DNA from: Octopus bimaculoides
Lineage: Eukaryota
Length of the DNA stretch: 48,815 nucleotides
Direction of reading: 5' to 3'
Assembly (NCBI RefSeq): GCF_001194135.2
Contig: NC_068988.1
Span: 66,449,011 to 66,497,825, forward strand
The position numbers were made by a program, and so were the translations under genes. Below are positions 1-11,378 of this stretch, one piece after another. Numbering within the stretch: position 1 is the first letter of the stretch; every line of letters begins with the position of its first letter. The notes below the pieces were generated by a model that did no database searches, was not told the DNA's origin, and was given only the letters and a program-made list of their open reading frames with translations.

Positions 1-62
1 GGCACCAGAATTAAGTATGGTATTATCCATACAATTTCAAAATAAGGTGATTAAAATCAAAA

Positions 63-1948
63 TAAGCAACAAGGATATTCAAAGTTAATGCAGTACGATC
101 GATTCATGCGACTCCATTTATTTAAGCAATGTGAACATTACATCAAATGTAAAATGCAGAGAAATCCTCATCTGCACAAAGATATAAAAATTTACTGAAA
201 TTACATTTCAATAGAATAAATATTTGTATAACTACATTTAAACTCTCCAAGTAGAAAGGAAGAATACAAAAAAAAAAAAAAACATTTTGACTTAACCAGG
301 CCATACAGGCTAGTAATTAATAGTAAGCAGATTTTTAACTGTCACTGATTTTATGTGTCTTTTTGTTTCTGATTTATGGATCATCTTATCACACCTGGTG
401 ATTCAAAGCTTAAGAGGGCACCAGCATGTTCCTTGTAGGGAAAGGGAAAGAGGTAAACAGTATAGACAGCAAACATGGATGATATACTTATAAAGTTTCT
501 TTGGGTTTAGTGGTAAACTACTATAAATGGGGTGTTTCACTATTAGCAGACCAGTTTATAATGGAGTAGGGGAAGTTTTAATATAAGGCACCTAGGTCAA
601 AAGTATATAAAATAATGTTGCTATATTTTGTACAGATACAGTAAATGATTATTCATAGTTTTCATTAAACAGAATAATGTATCAGTATTGTTTTACATAT
701 GCTAAGTTTGAAATACTTGGGATACCAATATTTCCTTAATTAATATGTGAATAAATAAAAAACTAATTATAAATTAATACCTCGTTCAGAGATTTAACAT
801 TAATTGTAAATTAATAATTACATAAAAAGAAATAGTGTATAGTAATGTGAATAATCAATTAATGCAGTATGCAAAAACCATGAAGTGGTATTGATTGAAA
901 ATGCTATGGTAAAGTACATTTAGACTTATTTACACCAATATAAGGAACCATAGATAAGATGTGATTATATTTATTGGACTAAAATTTTAAAATTAAACTT
1001 ATATATCTAATATCACTTAAAGGACAGGTAAGAGATAAAATTTATTATATAACTAATTTTAAAATTAAACTTATATATCTAATATCATTTAAAGGACACA
1101 TAGAAGATACAATTTATTATATAACTAATGTAAAGAATTGATACATAGGAGTTACATGGTTTATAATGATGGACTCATCAAGGTTTAAGAAACTGATAAA
1201 ATGAATGATTGGAATTAACATAGAATATAATGGTGCACTAAACTATTAATAGAGAACATGATAATTATGTACTAATTTAATTACATTGCACTATCTTAAA
1301 TTATCAGGAACTTGTGTTAACTAACATGGGCTAAGTACAAAATAATAATGGAATAAGGATTAGATTTATTTAAGTCACCCATAAGATAACAATGATAATA
1401 CTACAACAATGGAATAGCATGAATCCTTTAGGGTCAGGCATCAAATAAAATTTTAAAAGGTTTGAAAACTATAAGAACTATTAAGAAATTTCAAATCATC
1501 CCAAAACACTAAACTAACAGCAATAGCAAATGTGATATGAAAACAATTTCAGTAAAACCATATACCATCCATGGATAAAGTTAAAATTTTAGTTTTCCTA
1601 CGAGGAAAATGCTGGTGCCCTCTTAAGCTTTGAATCAACACGTCTGATAAGATGATCCATAAATCAGAAACAAAAACAAAATAAAATAAAATCAGTGACA
1701 GTTAAAAATTCACTAGCCTGTATGGTCTGGCTAAGTCAAAATGCTTTTTTGTATTCTTCTTTTCTACTTGGAGAGTTGTAATGTAGTTATAAAAATATGT
1801 CCTTCTGTTGAAATGTAATTTCAGTAAATTTCTAGATCTTTGTACAGCTGAGGATTGCTCTGTATTTTACATTTGATGTATTGTTCACATTGCTTAAATA
1901 AATGGAGTTGCATAAAACTGCATTAACTTTGGATATCCTTGTTGCTTA
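63..1948. mobile_element. Long inverted-repeat (foldback/MITE-like) element with arms of about 360-380 bp and an AT-rich non-coding interior
   Basis: 63-443 is the reverse complement, with indels, of 1594-1948. Examples: aagcaacaaggatattcaaagttaatgcagt vs actgcattaactttggatatccttgttgctt; tgattcaaagcttaagagggcaccagcat vs atgctggtgccctcttaagctttgaatca. The inverted repeat is seen directly; the DNA-transposon identity is inference. Confidence 0.6.
983..1128. repeat. Two-copy 72-bp tandem duplication
   Basis: aattttaaaattaaacttatatatctaatatca(c/t)ttaaaggaca... starts at 983 and again at 1055. Confidence 0.85.
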
Positions 1949-1950
1949 AG

Positions 1951-2114
1951 TACCCTCTACACACTCGGAGTGGTTGGCGTTAGGAAGGGCATCCAGCTGT
2001 AGAAACTCTGCCAAATCAGATTGGAGCCTAGTGTTGCCTCCTGGTCCACCAATCCTCAGTCAAATCGTCCCACCCATGCTAGCATGGAAAGCAGACGTTA
2101 AACGACGACGACGA
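1951..2114 (+). mobile_element. 3' end of an RTE-type retroposon (LINE tail or RTE-mobilised SINE)
   Basis: ggagtggttggcgttaggaagggcatccagctgtagaaac...cccatgctagcatggaaagcagacgttaa followed by an (ACG)n tail. A short tandem-repeat tail is typical of the RTE clade; family recognised from memory. Confidence 0.6.
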
Positions 2115-2415
2115 TATATATANNNNNNNNNNNNNNNNNNNNNNNNNNNNNNNNNNNNNNNNNNNNNNNNNNNNNNNNNNNNNNNNNNNNNNNNNNNNNN
2201 NNNNNNNNNNNNNNNNNNNNNNNNNNNNNNNNNNNNNNNNNNNNNNNNNNNNNNNNNNNNNNNNNNNNNNNNNNNNNNNNNNNNNNNNNNNNNNNNNNNN
2301 NNNNNNNNNNNNNNNNNNNNNNNNNNNNNNNNNNNNNNNNNNNNNNNNNNNNNNNNNNNNNNNNNNNNNNNNNNNNNNNNNNNNNNNNNNNNNNNNNNNN
2401 NNNNNNNNNNNNNNN

Positions 2416-2465
<50 letters not shown>

Positions 2466-2570
2466 GATAGATAGAGATTGAGATGATAGATAGATAGAGA
2501 TTGAGATATACACACACATACATATATACACAAACTCACACACACACAAACAAAAATATATATATACATA
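2416..2570. repeat. (GA)n, (GATA)n and (CA)n compound microsatellite
   Basis: Seen directly. Confidence 0.95.
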
Positions 2571-2579
2571 ACTGATGGA

Positions 2580-2838
2580 CTCTCCCGTCAAAGACAACGT
2601 ATGTACATTCAGGTTTTACAGAACGATAAATGATTTGTTTATAGTGATCAAATATTCGTGCCACTCATTAACGCACTCTCTCCATCAAATCGATGATTGT
2701 CTGTGCAGGTGTAATGTGTAACACGCTTCAGGTGTCGAAGAGATCGGAGAGCAACCTGAGATGATGTGTTTCGCTCAAGAACACGACGCAAATTACCATC
2801 TAACGATCGTGAGTGCAACACCCTAGCCACTGGGCCTC
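2580..2838 (-). mobile_element. tRNA-derived SINE (diverged)
   Basis: Reverse strand reads ggcccagtggctagggtgttgcactcacgatcg...tgcgtcgtgttcttgagcgaaacacatcatctca; homologous to the + copy at 33757-33960. Confidence 0.6.
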
Positions 2839-2850
2839 TGCGCACGCGCA

Positions 2851-2867
2851 TACACACACACGCACGG

Positions 2868-2905
<38 letters not shown>

Positions 2906-2957
2906 ACACACACTCTCTCTCTCTCTTTCTCACACACACACACACACACACACACAC
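2851..2957. repeat. (CA)n/(CT)n microsatellite
   Basis: Seen directly. Confidence 0.95.
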
Positions 2958-3386
2958 GTGTTTTGAGTTGAATACTGGGGTGTTGGTAGTGTTCGTTTCT
3001 GATGCTATGATGGAAGCTCTTGAATAGACAACGTATAGACGAAAGTCAGCTTACAGTGTATAGCATAAGATTGATTATATCTACTGGACAGTCATAAATG
3101 GCTCTCTTTAATTAAACAATTTTGCTGTGGACAGACAGAAAGAAGCTATCTGTTGGCTTCAGTTTCAATTATCATTGCAATCTCGTCGCCAACAGTTTAC
3201 TTTACTCTTAAATCTCCATAGTGAGATTATATTTATAGTCCAAGTGTCAGAGTATTTTGTCAATGAGTTTGCAATCCTAGTGGTCGCTGAAGTAGTTTGT
3301 TGCATAACATAGCATATGTAATAGATGCATAAGGTACGTATGTATGCGTGTGTGTATATGAATGTGTGTGTGTGTTAATATACATG

Positions 3387-3387
<1 letters not shown>

Positions 3388-3457
<70 letters not shown>
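3388..3457. repeat. (TA)n microsatellite
   Basis: Seen directly. Confidence 0.95.
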
Positions 3458-3460
<3 letters not shown>

Positions 3461-3765
3461 ATGCAAGAGAGTTAGGGGTTGAGGATTCAACCCACTAAGG
3501 GATAGTATCTATCCAATATACTGCTGGGAGGGTACAAAATTATCGTTACACTAGTGTTATACCAAGTGTAATAAGTGGGTGCGTGTAAAAGGGGGGTTAT
3601 TTTACCCTAAATTTATATAGCAATTAGAAAATGGAGGAGAATATGCTCTACTCAACGACTTGCAGACAGTGTATTCCGTTGAATTAATTAACTTATTTTG
3701 TTAATTAATTCTCTTCCATTTTCTAATTGCTATATATATTTATACATACATACACACACACAAAC

Positions 3766-3802
<37 letters not shown>

Positions 3803-3804
<2 letters not shown>

Positions 3805-4675
3805 AGCTCTGATGAATAAGTAGCCGGACTGTTGGTATTGTAACGAAGCTAAAGCACGCAGAGTAAAGCCGGTGGGCAAATATTTACCTTCAGCATTGTT
3901 GTGCATGCGTACTAAGTTTTAACATTCCAGCTCATTTCTGCTCTTTACACCAGTGCTTGGAAGGAAGGTGTGTAGCGTGTGATCGTCGCATTGACGACGA
4001 CAAGGTTGTCATGGCGATACCTGCTCAGACACCTATGCAAAGTTGCAGAAAGTGTATGGAGAGGATTGTATGAGCCGCACACAAGTGTGCGAGTGGCTCA
4101 GACGTTTCCGAAATGGCCGAAAAAAATGTCGATGCTGACGAGCGTTCTGGGAGACCCGCAACTAGCAGAACTGAGAAAAACACCGCAGATGTGCGTGCAG
4201 CTGTGAGGGGAAATCGTCGAATCACCATCCGTGAGTTATCAGGGGATGTGCAGATTAGTTACAGTTCAGTTCAGTCCATTATCGCTCAAGATTTGGGTAT
4301 GAGACTGCCAAATTTGTGCCAAAACTGCTTTCAGCTGACCAAAAAGACATTCAGATTCAGTTGCACAAGATCTTCTTGATTGAGTCAAGGACGATAAAAA
4401 CAACTTGAAAACTTTGCATAGTCCTCTTAGCCGGTATCGCCAACCTTTTGGCAAAATTTTATGCAGATTCTCTGCTCAACTTTCTCTGTCATTGTCAATG
4501 CGGCGATTACACGTTATACACGTTCCTTCCAAGCACTGTTGTAAACAGTGGAACGTTAAAACTTAGTGCGCTTGCACAGCAGTGTTCAAATTCAATCTGT
4601 GCCAAGCGGTCTTGCTAAGCGTGCTTTAGCTTCGTTACTACGGCAACAGTCCGAATACTTATTGATCAGACCACG
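3803..4675 (+). mobile_element. Non-autonomous mariner derivative built from two inverted 5' ends, flanked by TA
   Basis: Left end TA|caagctctgatgaataagtagccggactg; right end in reverse TA|cgtggtctgatcaataagtattcggactg. Inverted similarity continues about 260 bp inward, into the start of the transposase gene. Confidence 0.8.
4005..4412 (+). pseudogene. Mariner transposase N-terminal HTH fragment
   Basis: With frameshifts reads ...TYAKLQKVYGEDCMSRTQVCEWLRRF... then DADERSGRPATSRTEKNTADVRAAVRGNRRITIRELSGDVQISYSSVQSIIAQDLGM, then KFVPKLLSADQK and AQDLLD*VKDDKN. This matches mariner HTH and linker motifs (RSGRP, RRIT.RE, WVP(R/K).L-like). Confidence 0.8.
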
Positions 4676-5739
4676 TATATAAATTGTTGATGTAATAAAA
4701 CTGTTCCAATATGTATGTGTGTGTGTGTGTGCGCGCGTGTGTGCGCGTGTGTGTGTGTGTGTGCGTGTGTGTGTGTGTGTGTGTGCATGCACATAAATAT
4801 ACGTGTATATACACACATATACACCTTACATAAATATGTATGTATACATCATATACATATGCATATATATATATATATATATANNNNNNNNNNNNNNNNN
4901 NNNNNNNNNNNNNNNNNNNNNNNNNNNNNNNNNNNNNNNNNNNNNNNNNNNNNNNNNNNNNNNNNNNNNNNNNNNNNNNNNNNNNNNNNNNNNNNNNNNN
5001 NNNNNNNNNNNNNNNNNNNNNNNNNNNNNNNNNNNNNNNNNNNNNNNNNNNNNNNNNNNNNNNNNNNNNNNNNNNNNNNNNNNNNNNNNNNNNNNNNNNN
5101 NNNNNNNNNNNNNNNNNNNNNNNNNNNNNNNNNNNNNNNNNNNNNNNNNNNNNNNNNNNNNNNNNNNNNNNNNNNNNNNNNNNNNNNNNNNNNNNNNNNN
5201 NNNNNNNNNNNNNNNNNNNNNNNNNNNNNNNNNNNNNNNNNNNACTTTTGCAGTTGTATCATAAATATCGCTAATTAATTCCTATCCTGATCCTTAACGT
5301 TAAACATGTGTTTATGTTAGGTAACGAATATATAATGAAGCGATATGCTCTTAAATAATGTAATTTTCTGCTGAATCAGATTATTTTACAAATTTCATTG
5401 CTTTTCCAGTTATAATGGAACGGTTAATGCCTGTTTTATGGCCCTGGGTAATTGAACAGATTTTGTAATCTACCGAAAGAGGAGAGTACTGGAAATACAT
5501 TATTTTCATTATCTGAGAAAATCTGCGATTTTCAAAAGAGAAAGTATTCCACAAACTTAAATGAAACTATTTATTCTTTATCACATCTTGCTTGCAGTTC
5601 TACACACAATTACGTTTAAACTGGTTCTATATTAAAGCAATGTTGTTCTGAAACTCTTGTCTATTTAGCATAGATTGATTCGCTTACATTCAGCACAATA
5701 TTTCCAGTTAAAGGAGAGAAAATTGATCAATTTATATAT

Positions 5740-6140
5740 CGTTGTTTAGCCCCAGCTCAGCTCTAATTAAGCATATCTATGACCAAAAGCAATCCAGCTG
5801 TTACCAGGCTCTCTTTCCCTTGACAGTATATCTGTAATCTTATTATCTAAGTATCCTTTCCCTTTGTAATGACATATATCATAAATTTGGTTACGGTTTC
5901 TAGCAACATACCACAGAAGTTCTGCTTATCCTACTGCTGCTAGAGGATAATAAAATCTCTAAAATATCTAGTATATCAAATCCGTCCTATTCATGACCAT
6001 TACAACTTCTTGTATATTTATAGCATTCTAGCTATCTTAAGTTTCTTTATTCATCTATTTGTTGACTCATTATGGTGTGATTTGAATTAATTCAGCTGCT
6101 ATCTCTAACAGGTCGAGAGACCACGTCGAAGCTCTTCTCT
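5740..6140 (+). repeat. Old interspersed repeat family, unclassified; related pieces at about 11660-11870, 37795-37860, 38310-38390 (reverse) and 43535-43610
   Basis: Shared motif gttgtttagccccagctcag...tatgaccaaa at several of these loci, and ggtg(t/c)gattt...gct(g/a)ttatttctagcag-like at 6075-6130, 11785-11850 and reversed at 38320-38360. Confidence 0.5.
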
Positions 6141-6466
6141 GTCAATTTACAGAATGAGAAGAGAGAAAAAATCAATTATATCGTTCGTAATTCTATTCGG
6201 GAAATTAGTTTCCTACTACATAAAAACATCAATGTACGTAAGGTATAAATATAAATTATTTGAGTCTGACATTCTAGCATTCTGAGTTCAATTCGCGCCG
6301 GTGACGTCTTCTTTCATCCGAATGCTGTATAACAGCCGATTAGGCTTCAGGCACCATGGTCAAGATTATGGCGTTAAATTGGGTGTTATATTAAGTCTAC
6401 CTCCCAAAAATGAACTTTTTGTATTTATATAACTAAACATATATAAATATAAATGCATGCATATAT

Positions 6467-6497
<31 letters not shown>

Positions 6498-6948
6498 NNN
6501 NNNNNNNNNNNNNNNNNNNNNNNNNNNNNNNNNNNNNNNNNNNNNNNNNNNNNNNNNNNNNNNNNNNNNNNNNNNNNNNNNNNNNNNNNNNNNNNNNNNN
6601 NNNNNNNNNNNNNNNNNNNNNNNNNNNNNNNNNNNNNNNNNNNNNNNNNNNNNNNNNNNNNNNNNNNNNNNNNNNNNNNNNNNNNNNNNNNNNNNNNNNN
6701 NNNNNNNNNNNNNNNNNNNNNNNNNNNNNNNNNNNNNNNNNNNNNNNNNNNNNNNNNNNNNNNNNNNNNNNNNNNNNNNNNNNNNNNNNNNNNNNNNNNN
6801 NNNNNNNNNNNNNNNNNNNNNNNNNNNNNNNNNNNNNNNNNNNNNNNNNNNNNNNNNNNNNNNNNNNNNNNNNNNNNNNNNNNNNNNNNNNNNNNNNNNN
6901 NNNNNNNNNNNNNNNNNNNNNNNNNNNNNNNNNNNNNNNNNNNNNNNN

Positions 6949-6987
<39 letters not shown>

Positions 6988-6988
<1 letters not shown>

Positions 6989-7200
6989 GAGGTATTGCTA
7001 AAAAATAACCGGAAACGATCTCAGTGGGACAAACCCGTTGTAGTTCAGGCTTCCGCTGCTAGAAGCCACTTGATGCGACCCTTATGCATCAGTCATCCGA
7101 CTGGTGTTGTTCATTTTGCTCATACTGTCACGCACGTGGTGCATCTTTGTTTTGCAGTGTTTCTCCTCTTTTGTGGATTTTTGCAACGTGTTCACACGCA
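6988..7200 (+). mobile_element. Probable mariner 5' end inserted in a (TA)n tract
   Basis: (TA)n|cgaggtattgctaaaaaataaccggaa resembles the TIR at 4675 (cgtggtctgatcaataagtattcgga). No transposase motif was found downstream. Confidence 0.45.
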
Positions 7201-7231
7201 AATATATGTGTTTATATATATAGGCAAAGAT

Positions 7232-7430
7232 GAAGGCGGCGAACGGACAGAATCGATAACACGTCGGAAAAATGTTTAGCGGCATTCCACTCGTCTTCAT
7301 TTTCGTAGTCTGAGCTCAAATTCCACTGAGGTCGACTTTGCCTTTCATCATTTCGGGGATCAATAAAATATATGCTAGTTGAGCTCTGAGGTCGATTAGA
7401 TCGACATACTCTCCCTGAAATTTAAAATCT
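7232..7430 (+). mobile_element. tRNA-derived SINE (ggcggcgagctggcagaa family), diverged
   Basis: ggcggcgaacggacagaatcg...ctgagctcaaattccactgaggtcgactttgcctttcatc; homologous to the copies at 11148, 33000 and 40359. Confidence 0.8.
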
Positions 7431-7439
7431 ATATTATAG

Positions 7440-7685
7440 TGAAGGCGTATGGCTTAGTGGTTAACGAATTTCAACCGTAGGAGCATTGTTTCGATTCCTG
7501 AACCAGGTGGTACGTTGTATTCTTGAACAAAATACTTCATGTTACTTCAGTCCACTTAGATATAATGAGTTCCAGCAATATCTGTGAGCTTAACCCTGTG
7601 ACGGACTGGCATCCTGTTCAGGGTTAATTGTTGTAATCTCAATCATTTACATACCATGAAAACCGGATTAATCTCCGGCACAGGA
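7440..7685 (+). mobile_element. tRNA-head, CORE-like SINE
   Basis: gaaggcgtatggcttagtggtt (A box), gtttcgattcc (B box), gttgtattcttgaacaaaatacttcatgttacttcagtccact (CORE-like), then a distinct tail ccctgtgacggactggcatcctgttcaggg. Confidence 0.7.
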
Positions 7686-7749
7686 CTTCTGACAGAACTG
7701 TTATAAGTTTATATGTGTAAGCATGTATGTGCGTGTGTTACTTGGTACA

Positions 7750-8870
7750 AGCTTCCTCGTGAGTTCAATTTTAAGTTTGTTCATGAATAATGTCTTGGTG
7801 CCTTCTCACTGAAGAACTTCAATAATTACTTGTGAATTAAGAGTATATGAAGTATTAGTATATAATTGATACCAAAATAGACTTCAAAATTCTATGGATT
7901 GTTCGCAGGTTAAATGAGGCTACACGATCTAACAAGAGCACCGATGTTATGGTTAATTACCTTCACTATAAAATATCCGGAAAAACAAAAGGTTATATGG
8001 CCACTCAATTCAATAAAATTTCTTCTAAATTGTTTTCTCTCGAAACTTTCCATTCTGATCGATATCTGTTCCAAAATAGGGAATTTTTGCACCGCTGATC
8101 AGAAATTGTTCCGAATTTCACTGGCTTTTATTATACAGACCCTTTGTCTCTCATCCGAATTATCTTTAAATGTAATTCCGTTATTCCGTATTATTTCATG
8201 GTGGAATTGCTTTGAAGACGTGATAACGATCAGAATCCAACTTATTTCTTGCTTTATATCTTAACTTTTTACAGCCATTAACTTAACTCTATCTAAACAT
8301 CTTAAATATATACGTAACCTTTACACCCGTAACTTTTCTTCTTGATTTGTTGTTGTTGCCGCTTTTGTTGCTATGTTCTCAACAACGTATACAATATTTA
8401 AACTTGTGTATCAATTCTAACATTGTGAACAAGATTTACAAATAATATAAATTTGTATTTATTTGGAATCATCGATTATCAGCCCACAACGTTTAGACCA
8501 GTCTCCTCTTCAAATATTTAAAACATTGTCTGAAAATATTTACCGTTAACTGCGTTTTGTGTCACTGCCAGGTTAGTGTTCCGATTAGTAAAGTCAGTAC
8601 ATTAAGGATTTTTTTTGTTATATAAACAAGTAAAAATGGTTTATCAGTTCATATACTACATTACGTAACCTAGGTCTTCAACACTTTGTCCTAAACGCCG
8701 TGCCAAGCGGAAGTTTTTTCATGCGCTTATTTTTTTTCTATATTTACATCTGTGTTCGTCTCAACAGATTCTAGTAATATGAAGAATATTGAAAGATTTT
8801 AGAGCTGAAACAATACCAGCTTTTTATCAAGAATCAGTCTTCTCAAGGACTGTATGCTTTCATTTGGGCT
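7750..8870 (+). pseudogene. Possible decayed intronless leucine-rich-repeat (TLR-ectodomain-like) gene
   Basis: Collinear LxxLxLxxNxL-like motifs in shifting frames: MKY*YIIDTKI (7847), QPLT*LYLNILN (about 8273), IQYLKL (about 8389), LRNLGLQHFVLNAVPSGSF then HALIFFLYLHL (8661-8752), IKNQSSQGLYA (8826). Many stops and frameshifts; pattern recognition only. Confidence 0.4.
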
Positions 8871-9163
8871 CTTACTCTGTTCTTTCTTTAAAGACTCTTA
8901 TTAAGTTAAAAGAAAAATTACTAGTTTTAAATCTCTGAGCGAAAAATACGTAGTAACAGTACTGTACAGTAAAGTCTGTTTGCCAACACAAATATGTGAC
9001 AGTCCTAGGTATTCAACCTTAACTTGTTACCAAGTAAGGTTGTTTTGTTTTTTTTCTTTCATTCCGTTTTTCGAAAGTTGAAAAATCGAGGACATTTTAC
9101 TTACTGGAGAATGAAAATAATGACAACATTTTCGTACGTGCTAACTAGGGCAGGTGGAATGAA

Positions 9164-9209
<46 letters not shown>

Positions 9210-9215
<6 letters not shown>

Positions 9216-9330
9216 GTGCAGGCTCGGTTGTGTGGCTGAGAAAACTGTTTCCCAAAGATGTGGTTATCGGTTCAGTCCCACAGTGCGACACCTTGTACAA
9301 GTAACTGTTGCTATAACCTCATAGCCACCA
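9210..9330 (+). mobile_element. SINE head of the microsatellite-containing family, running into a gap
   Basis: gcaggctcggttgtgtggctgagaa...ggttcagtcccacagtgcgacaccttgtacaagt; homologous to 46441-46530. Confidence 0.65.
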
Positions 9331-10396
9331 NNNNNNNNNNNNNNNNNNNNNNNNNNNNNNNNNNNNNNNNNNNNNNNNNNNNNNNNNNNNNNNNNNNNNN
9401 NNNNNNNNNNNNNNNNNNNNNNNNNNNNNNNNNNNNNNNNNNNNNNNNNNNNNNNNNNNNNNNNNNNNNNNNNNNNNNNNNNNNNNNNNNNNNNNNNNNN
9501 NNNNNNNNNNNNNNNNNNNNNNNNNNNNNNNNNNNNNNNNNNNNNNNNNNNNNNNNNNNNNNNNNNNNNNNNNNNNNNNNNNNNNNNNNNNNNNNNNNNN
9601 NNNNNNNNNNNNNNNNNNNNNNNNNNNNNNNNNNNNNNNNNNNNNNNNNNNNNNNNNNNNNNNNNNNNNNNNNNNNNNNNNNNNNNNNNNNNNNNNNNNN
9701 NNNNNNNNNNNNNNNNNNNNNNNNNNNNNNNNNNNNNNNNNNNNNNNNNNNNNNNNNNNNNNNNNNNNNNNNNATATATATATATATATACGTATATATA
9801 ATGTGTGTGATTAAGAAACAGCGAATACCGATCTGCTATTTATAGCAAATCACGAGTGTAAGTGTTGACTTATTGACTTGTCTGGAATGTCGTTCACAAT
9901 CCAGCTGGTCTGGTTAGCGACAGCTTCGCCATACATTTAAACCAATTACGTTTCAATAAATTACCTTGACACAAGATGACAGGCAAGTTTCTAACGTGAG
10001 ATATATGATGATTGTGTTCGAGTAAATAAGATTAGGAGTTTTACTCTGATGATCTACAGTTGATTAATTATCATCGCATAACCTCAATCCCACTAAAGAT
10101 ATTACACATGAGAATGGCAACTAAACACACTGAGAGTGATAGATTAAACACGTCAGATTTAGCGATAGAAGAAACCTGTTAGACATGTAAGTGACAGGCT
10201 AAAAGTTCGTGAAAGTAAAACAAGGCTCCTAAATAGTGGCCTTGATGGGTGTTGTCAATAATGTTAATAATAGAATAAAGAGTTTGTGAGTTCGATAAGT
10301 TTAGCTGCTCTAAAGAGTCAAACAATTTGACGTTACGGACATGGATCCTTCGTCAAAATTATCAAGTGTTGGCTTCTCACACTAACTACTTCTCCT

Positions 10397-10448
<52 letters not shown>

Positions 10449-10476
10449 ATATATATATGTGTGTGTGTGTGTGTGT

Positions 10477-10812
10477 GAAGGCGCTTGGCTCCGTGGTTAG
10501 AGCGTCGAGCTTACGATCATGAGGTTGAGTTTGAATCCCGGACCGGGCTGCGTGTTGTGTTCTTGAGCAAGACACTTTATTTCACGTTGCTCCAGTTCAC
10601 TGAGCTGTAGAAATGAGCTGCGACGTCACAGGTGCCAAGCCGTATCAGCCCTTGCCTTTCCCTTGGATAACATCAGTGGCGTGGAGAGGGGAGGCTGGTA
10701 TGCATGGACGACTGCTGGCCTTCCATAAAAACAACCTTGCCCGAACTTGTGCCTGGGAGGGTAACTTTCTAGGTGCAATCCCATGGTTAGTCATGACCGA
10801 AGGGGTCTCACC
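10477..10812 (+). mobile_element. Young full-length tRNA/CORE-type SINE
   Basis: A box tggctccgtggtt, B box gtttgaatccc, CORE-like gttgtgttcttgagcaagacactttatttcacgttgctccagttcactgagctgt, tail ending gaccgaaggggtctcacc; between (GT)n and (AT)n tracts. Confidence 0.85.
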
Positions 10813-10844
<32 letters not shown>

Positions 10845-11147
10845 CAACCATCTTTTCTCACGCACCATACCTTATATCTTCCATTCACTGAGCTTATTAC
10901 AGTCACCTTCACATCCTCTCCCTGCTTTTAACTTCCTCCTTTTACGCCTGCCGACCATTATACATTTACATGTACAAATTCTCTTAGTTTTTAATGGTTA
11001 AGTTAGTGTTGTTATATCTAACACATGAATTATTAGAAAATTAATTTTAAATGATTATGTAGAGATAAAAGGTCAATATAAGTCAATGACAAATATTTTT
11101 TTAAAATTATTCCGTCAAATAAAGGAGACAGCTGCCCAGATGTTTCC

Positions 11148-11378
11148 TATTTCTTTACTGCCCACGAGGCACTACACACAGAGGGGACAAACAAGGACAG
11201 ACAAAGGGATTAAGTTGATTATATCAACCCCAGTGCGTAACTGGAACTTATCTAATCGATCCCGAAACGATGAAAGGCAAAGTCGACCACGGCGGAATTT
11301 GAACTCAGAACATAACGACAGACGGAATACCGCTAAGCATTTCACCCGGCGTGCTAACGTTTCTGCCAGCTCGTCGCC
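11148..11378 (-). mobile_element. Full-length tRNA-derived SINE with target-site duplication
   Basis: Direct repeat gcccagatgtttcc at 11134-11147 and 11376-11389 (partly overlaps the SINE head). Near-identical to the copies at 33000-33218 and 40359-40587. Confidence 0.9.

Noticed and set aside
2995-3060. ctgatg...gacgaaagtc, superficially hammerhead-like
   Set aside because: No intact CUGANGA and no consistent stem II or stem I.
3455-3620. Short hairpins and a CTAG near 3550 suggesting a Helitron 3' end
   Set aside because: Hairpin position relative to CTAG does not fit and no 5' TC end was identified.
10477-10560. tRNA-like sequences with A and B boxes (also 33287-33360 and others)
   Set aside because: They are SINE heads that continue into repeat bodies and tails; not called as tRNA genes.
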